Assembly (NCBI GenBank): GCA_051439505.1
Contig: JBFRWI010000032.1
Span: 1 to 27,150 of the forward strand
Source: Hormoscilla sp.
GTDB lineage: Bacteria > Cyanobacteriota > Cyanobacteriia > Cyanobacteriales > Desertifilaceae
DNA: 27,150 nt
Direction: 5' to 3'
Within the stretch, counting starts at the first letter, position 1; the number at the start of each line of letters is the position of its first letter. Under the pieces are notes generated by a model. The model was given only the letters and a program-made list of their open reading frames with translations, did no database searches and was not told the DNA's origin. This document shows positions 1 to 7,478 of this stretch, piece after piece. A program made the position numbers and the translations under genes.

Positions 1-598
1 TGCGCCAAATTACATAGTCAAATTTATCGGACATCTGCTTGACTAGCTGCACCGCGATCGCGGTTTTGCCGATACCAGTCATGCCCAGAACAGCCACCAG
101 GCGACAGCGTTCCTGCAAGATCCATTGTTTGAGGGTAGTCAGTTCTGCGGTGCGTCCGTAGAAAGGGGAGACATCAGGCGCATCAGCTAAATCTAGACGT
201 ACATTCGGTCTAGGGTTGTCTTGGTTAGGAGTTTGCTCATTTGAGGGAGGGTGCGGGACTTCTTTTGATGGCAAACTGTCTCCACAAATGCCAAAGTTAC
301 CAATCTGTACAGAGTCTTTTGTAAAGTTTAAGACATTGGAAACTTGCAATCTATCTAAAACCGATTTCAAATTCTTTTTCCCGACTTTTCCCCCCAACTC
401 TGGAGAGAGGGTATCCAACAATTTGGAGCCAACATGTCTAGCGTAGCCCTCACTACATGGGAAGTCCCGAGCGATTTTAGAGTATGTGTGACGTTGGAAA
501 GTACCGCGCAGGATGGCCTGTTGCAGGTCGGAGAGCGGTTTGCCGGTCTTAGCGAAAAAGATGTCGGAGGCGAGGCTGAGGAAATCTTCAAGTTCCAT
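1..598 (-). CDS. N-terminal part of a cyanobacterial STAND NTPase (N-terminal winged HTH + NB-ARC); continues beyond the window
   Basis: Not in the ORF track because it is truncated. Manual translation from ATG at 598 gives MELEDFLSLASDIFFAKTGKPLSDLQQAILRG...TYSKIA...SEGYARHVGSKL, then APDVSPFYGRTAELTTLKQWILQERCRLVAVLGMTGIGKT (Walker A) ...FDYVIWR. The frame is open to position 2. Confidence 0.9.
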   Translation of the reverse strand, partial: MELEDFLSLASDIFFAKTGKPLSDLQQAILRGTFQRHTYSKIARDFPCSEGYARHVGSKLLDTLSPELGGKVGKKNLKSVLDRLQVSNVLNFTKDSVQIGNFGICGDSLPSKEVPHPPSNEQTPNQDNPRPNVRLDLADAPDVSPFYGRTAELTTLKQWILQERCRLVAVLGMTGIGKTAIAVQLVKQMSDKFDYVIWR

Positions 599-650
599 AG
601 GTCGATCGCCGGTGGATAGGTCCGGTAGATACTGGGATTTGCTCTATTGT

Positions 651-764
651 AATCTAACATAATCTAACATAATCTAACATAATCTGACATTTGCGGCAAA
701 ATCTAACATTTTCTGACATAGTGCGATCGCCGATGATTGTGAAATTGCATACAAAATCTGACAT
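651..764. repeat. Phased 10-bp direct repeats AATCT(A/G)ACAT in a divergent promoter region
   Basis: AATCTAACAT x3 then AATCTGACAT at 651-690; further copies at ~700, ~711 and ~755. Confidence 0.85.
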
Positions 765-955
765 TTTCCGATGGGAAAAGACTTAAATATTGCCATAAGA
801 TTTTAAATGACGCAATTACAGCCCATGTCAGTTTGATATATGCTAGCGAGTGCGGTTAGAACGACTGCCACGACATACCATGAGACAAGTAACTAGACAT
901 TGTATAAGTTAGCATTTTTTCAGTCCATCAGTAAAAATACTCAAGTGAAATTGTC

Positions 956-2602
956 ATGGAACCCCAACAAAAAGAACAATCACCTAACATAGATAGCAAC
1001 AATCATCGTGTGAATTCAGAACCAAATTCTGAAGATCCACAAAATTCTCCGCAAGATTCATCCAATCAGCCTAGCCAAGATTCAGGTAAGAATATTGCTA
1101 AAGGATGGGGTAAATTTGGAATAAATTTTAAGTTTTTCACCAAAGACCCAATTGCGGTTGTACTCTTTGTATTTCAATTAATTAGTTGGACCACAACAGT
1201 TAAAGGCGCACATATTATCTTTCCCAAAGCTAATCAAATTTCTCTATCTCTATTAAGAAATTCAATTACATTTAAGTTAATGCCTTTTGTGCTAGGTAGT
1301 GCAGTCCAGTTAGCTTTAATTATGCTCTTAATCGCCAAAAAGAAAAAAAATGAATCTATTGTCAGAAGATGGTTCATGATTATTGTCTTAACCGCAGCCA
1401 GCAGTTATACTAGCTTTTTTTGCTTTTATGATGCATTACTTGGAGGCGAATTAACTGAAAATTCTCCGAAAAAAATCCAAGCACATGAAAGTCTTAAAAA
1501 TCAAGTATATACTCCTTTGCAAGCTGAATATGAAAATTTACAAAACCAGTTGTCTACAATAGAAAAACGCATAGAAGACGAAATCAACGGTACAAGAAGT
1601 GGAGTCCCGGGGATCGGACCTATAGCGCGGAGTCTTATTCAGGAGAGAGAAAATATTCAAAATAAAGTGGATCGAATTGAAGGAATTATTGCTAATTCAA
1701 ATCTTGACGCAGCATTTAAACTGTCCCATGAAGATATTGATAAACTTTCAACTAAAGAGCTTTACGATCTAGGATTAGTTGCTTGGAGTTCAATTCCAGC
1801 AGCTCACAAAAATAATTCACTGAAACCACAATTTTCTGATTATGAAAACCCGGAAGCATTTTTGCTGCCGCTGGAACGATTAAAGGCTGGAGATAAAAAC
1901 GCGCTTGCAGCTTTAGTAATCGCATCTTTTATAGATAGTTCATCATTTATTTTAGGAAGTATTGGCGATAATTTCTCCTTGTCCACAATATTTGCTCTGA
2001 GCGTTTCAGGGTTAATTCGTAATATAAAAAGAGCTAAGGCGACTATAAGAAGAGCGATCAATGGAGAAGCAGTGCCCTTTGAAATTGAAGATCGTCAAAT
2101 CTCGGAGATGACTGAAAGCATCAAGCTCGATACTGGTATAACGGGCACTGATTTTTTAGGAGAATTGCAGGACAACATTGAGAAAATTGACGATAATACA
2201 TACATTATAGACTATGATAATTTAGCGAAGGATGAAGAAGGTGATGATGACAGCACGAAGAAAAAGAAGCGAGCTTATAAAAGTTTATTACTAACCCTTG
2301 AACATCATCCGTTTAAATGGATTGAAGATTACAAAGGAAAATCAAATATTATGTATTTATTAAATCCTTTCAGGAGTGATATACAAACTGGGGATACTTC
2401 GCAAGCCAATCAAGATAAATCCAAAAAACTGAAAATTAAAACAGAATGTCAAGATGCTTTTTTCAACTGGTTAAAAGACGAAAGAAAGAGGCAAAGTGAT
2501 GAGGAACAGTCTCCAACTAACGCTGAAGCAACAGCAGTAGCTGAAATAAATTTTTTCGCTAATTCTACTGTGAAGACATCGCCAAACTCTGAAGAAACAT
2601 AG
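956..2602 (+). CDS. Membrane-anchored coiled-coil protein, DUF4407-like
   Basis: 548-aa ORF with three N-terminal hydrophobic segments, a coiled coil interrupted by EINGTRSGVPGIGP (resembles the DUF4407 G-x-x-G-x-G-P motif) and a fourth hydrophobic segment. Visibly AT-rich, no perfect HIP1. Confidence 0.7.
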   Translation: MEPQQKEQSPNIDSNNHRVNSEPNSEDPQNSPQDSSNQPSQDSGKNIAKGWGKFGINFKFFTKDPIAVVLFVFQLISWTTTVKGAHIIFPKANQISLSLLRNSITFKLMPFVLGSAVQLALIMLLIAKKKKNESIVRRWFMIIVLTAASSYTSFFCFYDALLGGELTENSPKKIQAHESLKNQVYTPLQAEYENLQNQLSTIEKRIEDEINGTRSGVPGIGPIARSLIQERENIQNKVDRIEGIIANSNLDAAFKLSHEDIDKLSTKELYDLGLVAWSSIPAAHKNNSLKPQFSDYENPEAFLLPLERLKAGDKNALAALVIASFIDSSSFILGSIGDNFSLSTIFALSVSGLIRNIKRAKATIRRAINGEAVPFEIEDRQISEMTESIKLDTGITGTDFLGELQDNIEKIDDNTYIIDYDNLAKDEEGDDDSTKKKKRAYKSLLLTLEHHPFKWIEDYKGKSNIMYLLNPFRSDIQTGDTSQANQDKSKKLKIKTECQDAFFNWLKDERKRQSDEEQSPTNAEATAVAEINFFANSTVKTSPNSEET

Positions 2603-2757
2603 ATTTCCCTTATTCCTCTGGTTTCAGAGGAAAGTGCGATCGCCCCCTGGTCTCAGACGAAAGTGCGATCGCCCCCCGGCCTCAGAAGAAAGTGCGATCG
2701 CCCCCTGGTTTCAGACAAAAGTGCGATCGCATTTATCTGGTCAAAGCAAATTTATAT

Positions 2758-2828
2758 GTAGGGGCGAAGCATTCTGGCAGACAATTGATAGGTATTGTCG
2801 AAAGATTTACTTCCAGAATGCTTCGCCC
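2758..2828 (+). repeat. GTAG-type REP-like long hairpin
   Basis: GTAG-GGGCGAAGCATTCTGG ... CCAGAATGCTTCGCCC. Confidence 0.85.
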
Positions 2829-2905
2829 TGGCCACCTTGGGAGAAGAGATTCGATCGCCCCTGGTTCCAGAATAAAGTGCGATCGGGGTCCATCTCATGG
2901 GCGCC

Positions 2906-2976
2906 GGGCGAAGCATTCCGGGCGTAATTTTTTGGTTTTAAGGCATAATTGGCTCGCCGGAATGCTTCGCCCCTAC
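2906..2976 (-). repeat. GTAG-type REP-like long hairpin, opposite orientation
   Basis: GGGCGAAGCATTCCGG ... CCGGAATGCTTCGCCC-CTAC. Confidence 0.85.
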
Positions 2977-3151
2977 AGGTATATTTGTGTGCGTTGGGAT
3001 ACTTGATATCGCCCCCCAGTCTCGGAAGAACGTGCGATCGCCCCCCAGTCTCGAACGAAAGTGCGATCGCCCCCCAGTCTCAGAACAAAGTGCGATCGCC
3101 CCCTGGTCCCAGAAGAAAGTGCGATTGGGTGCAACGAAGATGCATGTAATT

Positions 3152-3202
3152 AAGCCCGCGCAGGCGGGCTTTGTTCTTGTAGCCGGACCCTTTAGGGTTC
3201 GG
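3152..3202 (+). repeat. Double-hairpin REP-like element; uninterrupted relative of the element at ~3697-3876
   Basis: AAGCCCGC-GCAG-GCGGGCTT, then TGTTCTTGTAG, then CCGGACCC-TTTA-GGGTTCGG. Confidence 0.75.
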
Positions 3203-3286
3203 ATCGCTTCGGGTCTCAGCGTGCGATCGCCCCCCGGTCTCAGACAAAAGTGCGATCGCCTTTATCTGGCCAAAGCAAATTTATAT

Positions 3287-3358
3287 GTAGGGGCTCAGCA
3301 TTCTGGCAGACAATTGGTAAATATTGTCGCTCATATTTACTTCCAGAATGCTGAGCCC
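3287..3358 (+). repeat. GTAG-type REP-like long hairpin, part of a ~170-bp duplication of ~2690-2860
   Basis: GTAG-GGGCTCAGCATTCTGG ... CCAGAATGCTGAGCCC; the flanks match the 2758 copy. Confidence 0.85.
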
Positions 3359-3446
3359 TGGCCACCTTGGGAGAAGACATCCGATCGCCACATTTTTTCA
3401 TACCGTTTTATATAAAAAATGCTACAATTATTGACAATATGCTATT

Positions 3447-3499
3447 AGTCGGTTTTAACCGACTTTAGCTATTAGCCGGGGGTTTGAACCCCCGGCGGG
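3447..3499 (+). repeat. Double-hairpin REP-like element (inverted copy at 6996-7049)
   Basis: AGTCGGTT-TT-AACCGACT, TTAGCTATTAG, CCGGGGG-TTTGAA-CCCCCGG. Confidence 0.85.
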
Positions 3500-3548
3500 C
3501 TGACAGCGAAGTCCGATCGCCTTTATCTAGTCAAAGCAAATTTAGAGA

Positions 3549-3644
3549 TCGTAGTTAATTATCCGAACTTGACTACGAACAGCGGGGAAACACTAAAGTG
3601 TTTACTACGAACGGCGGGTAAACACTAAAGTGTTTACTACGAAC
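3549..3644 (-). repeat. Cluster of short GTAG-type REP hairpins
   Basis: AAACAC-TAAA-GTGTTT-ACTACGAAC at 3588 and 3620, plus a TCGTAGT...ACTACGA inverted pair at 3549-3578. Confidence 0.85.
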
Positions 3645-3751
3645 CAGGGCTATTTCATTTGAAAAACAACTCATCCCTTATCCAGCCAATAATATAGCCC
3701 CTGCGCAGGGTCGGGGGCCCGGAGCGTCCCGGAGCGTGGGCTTGGTTCTTG

Positions 3752-3854
3752 TAAGCTGTCGCGCATTTAAATTGCATGGATCCAAATGCTGAAACCATTG
3801 CTATCAATGACTTTCCCCATTTTTAATTTTTAATTTTTAATTTTGAATTGTTTA
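3752..3854 (+). mobile_element. TA-flanked 99-bp non-autonomous element, copy 1, inserted in a REP-like element
   Basis: TA|AGCTGTCGCGCATTTAAATTGCAT...TTTTGAATTGTT|TA. Removing it gives GTTCTTGTAGCCG, which matches the intact element around 3173-3185. Confidence 0.85.
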
Positions 3855-3940
3855 GCCGCACCCTTTAGGGTGACGGAATCAAATTGCTCCTTTTTGCAGT
3901 CACGTGACTTGCAGACTGATACAATCGGAGATGCCCCCTC

Positions 3941-5305
3941 ATGAGAGAAACCCTATTGCTCGATCGCTATCGGATCCTCGGTGACTTGGGGACTGGCGGG
4001 TTTGGCGACACTTTCCTCGCTGAAGATACCTACATGCCTTCCAAACGCCGCTGCGTCATTAAGCGCCTGAAATCGATCGCTGGTAGCCCTCAAATTCAAC
4101 AGATGGTGCAACAACGGTTTCAACGAGAAGCCGCTATCTTGGAAGAACTTGGCCAGCAAAGCCCTCAAATTCCCGAATTATATGCCTATTTTCAGTTAGC
4201 AGACCAATTCTATCTCGTTCAGGAATGGATAGATGGCCTTACCCTTACTGAGTTGGTCTCCGACCAAGGGCCCCTCGGGGAAACTGCCGTGGGGGAAATC
4301 TTAGTCTCTCTCCTCCCTGTCTTGACTACCGTCCACAGTCAGGGTATCGTTCACAGAGATATTAAACCCGATAACATTATCCTCCGCAACCGCGATCGCC
4401 AACCTGTTTTGATTGACTTCGGTGCAGTTAAGGAAACTATGGCAACGGCGGTCAATGTCACCGGAGAGTCCCGAAACTCAATGATAGTTGGTACCCCTGG
4501 GTTCATGGCCTCGGAACAAGCTGCTGGCCGACCCCTTTACTCTAGCGATCTGTATAGCTTGGCACTCACCGCAATTTATCTGCTCACGGGAAAGATGCCT
4601 CAAGAGTTGGATATAGACGAGAACAGCTGTGAGATTATTTGGGATCCTCGTTCTTTGGGTCTGGACCCCACTCTGGCCTCGGTCCTGAAAATAGCCATCG
4701 AGTCCCGTCCCCACTCCCGCTTTTCCACTGCTGGAGAAATGCTAGCAGCTTTGCAGGGTGCCGATGCTGCAGTTTCTCAGGTTCAGTCTACTGTCACGAT
4801 ATCCTCCTCGCGGAAATCTCCCGCACTCGGAAAAATTCCAGGAATTGCTCTTTGGGGTACTCCCATCTTGGCCGCTATGGGCGCGATCGCCCTTTGGCAG
4901 ACCCCATACCTGCAACCCGCACCGGGTCCGAAACCCCTGCCACCTTCAGCACTGACTCCGATCGAGCAGAATGTCAGCGAGACACCAGTCTTGCCCCCCA
5001 GATCCGTACAAACTCAGCGAGTCAATTTTGCGGCGGGGGCGACGGGGGATGTTTTGCAGGGTACTGTCGCCCCCCATCAACTGCAACGCTACCTACTTGA
5101 ATGCGGCCAAGGACAGCAGTTTATCCTTCAGGTAGGCCACGGAAATGTCAATATCGCCATCAGAGACCCAGAAGGGCAGATCCTGGGTGCGGCCATGCCC
5201 GGTCAGACCGGGTGGCAAGGGATCCTTCCCAGTACGGGAGATTACATTGTCGAAATTTCTTCGCCTGATGGCTCGGATTATGCTGTGGAAGTTGCAGTCC
5301 TATAG
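3941..5305 (+). CDS. Hanks-type Ser/Thr protein kinase with one TM helix and a C-terminal beta-rich domain
   Basis: LGTGGFG, CVIK, HRDIKPDN, DFG and GTPGFMASEQ motifs; hydrophobic IALWGTPILAAMGAIALW; C-terminal QRVNFAAGATG...WQGILPSTGDYIVEI. Confidence 0.95.
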   Translation: MRETLLLDRYRILGDLGTGGFGDTFLAEDTYMPSKRRCVIKRLKSIAGSPQIQQMVQQRFQREAAILEELGQQSPQIPELYAYFQLADQFYLVQEWIDGLTLTELVSDQGPLGETAVGEILVSLLPVLTTVHSQGIVHRDIKPDNIILRNRDRQPVLIDFGAVKETMATAVNVTGESRNSMIVGTPGFMASEQAAGRPLYSSDLYSLALTAIYLLTGKMPQELDIDENSCEIIWDPRSLGLDPTLASVLKIAIESRPHSRFSTAGEMLAALQGADAAVSQVQSTVTISSSRKSPALGKIPGIALWGTPILAAMGAIALWQTPYLQPAPGPKPLPPSALTPIEQNVSETPVLPPRSVQTQRVNFAAGATGDVLQGTVAPHQLQRYLLECGQGQQFILQVGHGNVNIAIRDPEGQILGAAMPGQTGWQGILPSTGDYIVEISSPDGSDYAVEVAVL

Positions 5306-5360
5306 TATTTGATTCATATCCGATACCCTGCACTATAATATCCCTAAGGGGGAAAGTGAT

Positions 5361-6968
5361 ATGAAGTCACAGTTGGAAACTCGCTATCGTCCGATCCGCG
5401 AATTGGCTGCCGGAGGCTTTGGCAAAACCTTCCTGGTAGAAGATACCCAGATGCCTTCTCAACGCCTCTGCGTGATGAAGCAGCTCAAACCAGTTACGGG
5501 CAACCCGCAAATACTTCAGTTACTGCAAGAACGCTTTGCTAGGGAAGCCGCTATCCTGGAAGCCCTGGGTGACCCGATCGATCGAATTCCTAAATTATAT
5601 GCTTATTTTGAGGTGGGTGGTCAATTCTATCTGGTGCAAGAATGGATAGAGGGGGCGACCTTGACGGAAAAGGTGGAAGGATCAGGCCCACTCACGGAGA
5701 CGGAAGTCCGCTCTATCTTACTCTCTCTGCTGTCCGTACTGGAACTCGTCCACGGCCAGGGAATCGTTCACAGAGATATTAAACCCGATAATGTTATCCT
5801 CCGCCAAGCCGATGGCCAGCCAGTTTTGATAGATTTCGGTGCCGTTAAGGAAATTATGGGCACCCAGGTAACTTCCCAGGGACATTCTGCCCCTAGGACG
5901 ATCGCCATTGGGACTCCCGGATACATGCCTCCAGAACAAGCGGCAGGTCGTCCGGTCTATGCTAGTGATTTGTATAGTTTGGCACTAACTGCGGTCTATC
6001 TGCTGACTGGCAAGACTCCCGCAGAATTAGAGACAAACCTATTTACGGGTAAGATTGGGTGGCGTGACTATGCTCTTAATGTCAGTGATGATTTGGCCTC
6101 GGTCCTAGACCGGGCGATCCAACCTACAGCAGGCGATCGCTTCTGTACTGCTACGGAAATGCTAGCAGCTCTAACCGCTTCTGTCAAGCCTCTCGGAACA
6201 ATATCCGCGACTCAACTATCCCCCGCACCGAGGCAGACTAAAAAGAAATCTTCTCTCTGGCAAAAAGGGGCGATCGTCAGTAGTCTGATTAGCACTTTTG
6301 TCATCTGTATTTCCTTAATTAAACCGGAAGCTTTTGCTTTCCGTTCTGCTGCTAAATTATCTCTACAACCTCCCCAGTCAGAACAAATATTCTCGCCCAT
6401 GGCAGACACCGAACCAGAAGTGATTCCCGAAAAGGCCCGATCGCCCATTCCCGAGGGGACAGCACTCAAGCAATTGCAGAAACAAGCACCGAAGCCAATT
6501 GTATCAGATCCTACTCCCGCAATTGTCCCCGATCCTACTCCCGTTCCTCAGTATACGCCCAATTCGCTCCATCTGTCCTTGTCCGGAGAAAATAGTAAAG
6601 AGCAATTGGACGAACTAGCAGACCGCTTATATTATGCCCGATATCCGGAGTTGCAAGGCACAAAAATCCAGGATGCAGAAACTAAATTGGCCCGAGAATG
6701 GACGACGATCAGAAAGGATATAGAACGGGAAGTCGATCGCCTGACAGAAAAACTGTTTCGCGAACGGCATCCGGAACTAGCAGGGCGAAAAAATCGGCCA
6801 TCTGAGTTGCGAGCAACTCGGGAAAAAATCAAGCAATGCGATGCTGTAGTAGACTACATTTTCTATTTATATCATCCCGAGTTAGCAGGCAGAAAGATCC
6901 AGTCGGAGGAAATGGAATTGGCCCGAGAATGGTCGGAAATTAAGCAGCAGGTTAGCAGTTGTCATTAA
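5361..6968 (+). CDS. Hanks-type Ser/Thr protein kinase with TM helix and C-terminal (Y/H)PEL-x-G-(R/T)K helical repeats
   Basis: LAAGGFG, HRDIKPDN, DFG and GTPGYMPPEQ motifs; hydrophobic AIVSSLISTFVICISLI; repeats YPELQGTK, HPELAGRK, HPELAGRK. Confidence 0.95.
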   Translation: MKSQLETRYRPIRELAAGGFGKTFLVEDTQMPSQRLCVMKQLKPVTGNPQILQLLQERFAREAAILEALGDPIDRIPKLYAYFEVGGQFYLVQEWIEGATLTEKVEGSGPLTETEVRSILLSLLSVLELVHGQGIVHRDIKPDNVILRQADGQPVLIDFGAVKEIMGTQVTSQGHSAPRTIAIGTPGYMPPEQAAGRPVYASDLYSLALTAVYLLTGKTPAELETNLFTGKIGWRDYALNVSDDLASVLDRAIQPTAGDRFCTATEMLAALTASVKPLGTISATQLSPAPRQTKKKSSLWQKGAIVSSLISTFVICISLIKPEAFAFRSAAKLSLQPPQSEQIFSPMADTEPEVIPEKARSPIPEGTALKQLQKQAPKPIVSDPTPAIVPDPTPVPQYTPNSLHLSLSGENSKEQLDELADRLYYARYPELQGTKIQDAETKLAREWTTIRKDIEREVDRLTEKLFRERHPELAGRKNRPSELRATREKIKQCDAVVDYIFYLYHPELAGRKIQSEEMELAREWSEIKQQVSSCH

Positions 6969-6995
6969 CAGTCAATTAGTAAATTAGCCTCCTGG

Positions 6996-7049
6996 CCCGC
7001 CGTGGGTTCAAACCCACGGCTAATAGCTAAAGTCGGTTGAAAACCGACT
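6996..7049 (-). repeat. Double-hairpin REP-like element, inverted copy of 3447-3499; could also terminate the kinase transcript
   Basis: Reverse complement AGTCGGTTTTCAACCGACT-TTAGCTATTAG-CCGTGGG-TTTGAA-CCCACGG. Confidence 0.85.
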
Positions 7050-7084
7050 CTCTATCTTGTAAAAAAAGTAATTGAAAGTTGATC

Positions 7085-7240
7085 GTAGGTTGGGTTTCCG
7101 CACGAAACCCAACCAGGCGATCGCCGAAGAACTAAAGTTCTTACTACGAACGCGGGAAGAACTAAAGTTCTTACTACGAACGGCGGCAAAAACTAAAGTT
7201 TTTACTACGAACAGGTTTGTAGTAAGGACTTTAGTCCTTC
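7085..7240. repeat. REP cluster: one GTAGGTTGGGTT...AACCCAAC hairpin plus four short TAAA-loop hairpins
   Basis: Hairpin at 7085-7114; AAGAAC-TAAA-GTTCTT at 7127 and 7157; AAAAAC-TAAA-GTTTTT at 7188; inverted AAGGAC-TTTA-GTCCTT unit at ~7215-7240. Confidence 0.85.
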
Positions 7241-7478
7241 TCTGCCCGATCGGGCCAACAATGCTATTATATTCTCTGTTGGGCGATGGGGTCGGAAATT
7301 CCACCCCTCGGCCTGGCATTTCGGACCGGACCGGACTTCTCGCTCCTGGCCAGTTACGGTCATAGATAGTTATATATGCATAAGTTGTAAATTATAAATT
7401 CCCTATTGCAATCGGTAATTGTATAATACTAGGGAAATGTTCGGTCCTGAAGGTCGGCGTTATCCCCCTAGCAATGTT

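Larger units (their letters stand above)
2614..3260 (+). repeat. Three clusters of a 29-bp HIP1-containing tandem repeat (AAAGTGCGATCGCCCCCTGGTCTCAGACG-like)
   Basis: Units start at 2631, 2660, 2689 and 2718; second cluster ~3008-3125; third ~3221-3260. There are no unique spacers. Confidence 0.9.

Noticed and set aside
216..660. ORFs 216-446, 367-660 and 434-619
   Set aside because: They are shadows of the real minus-strand NB-ARC gene starting at 598.
2614..3260. CRISPR array from the 29-bp repeats
   Set aside because: Units are head-to-tail with no unique spacers, and there are no cas genes in the window.
2634..3415. ORF-track ORFs 2634-2927, 2692-3006, 2949-3149 and 2987-3415
   Set aside because: They are translations of non-coding repeats in several overlapping frames.
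7127..7240. Mini-CRISPR from the 25-bp repeats (also at 3588-3644)
   Set aside because: Gaps are only 5-7 bp and one unit is inverted; they fit GTAG REP hairpins better.
7020..7365. ORFs 7020-7319 and 7072-7365
   Set aside because: They lie over REP clusters and give repetitive, non-protein-like translations.
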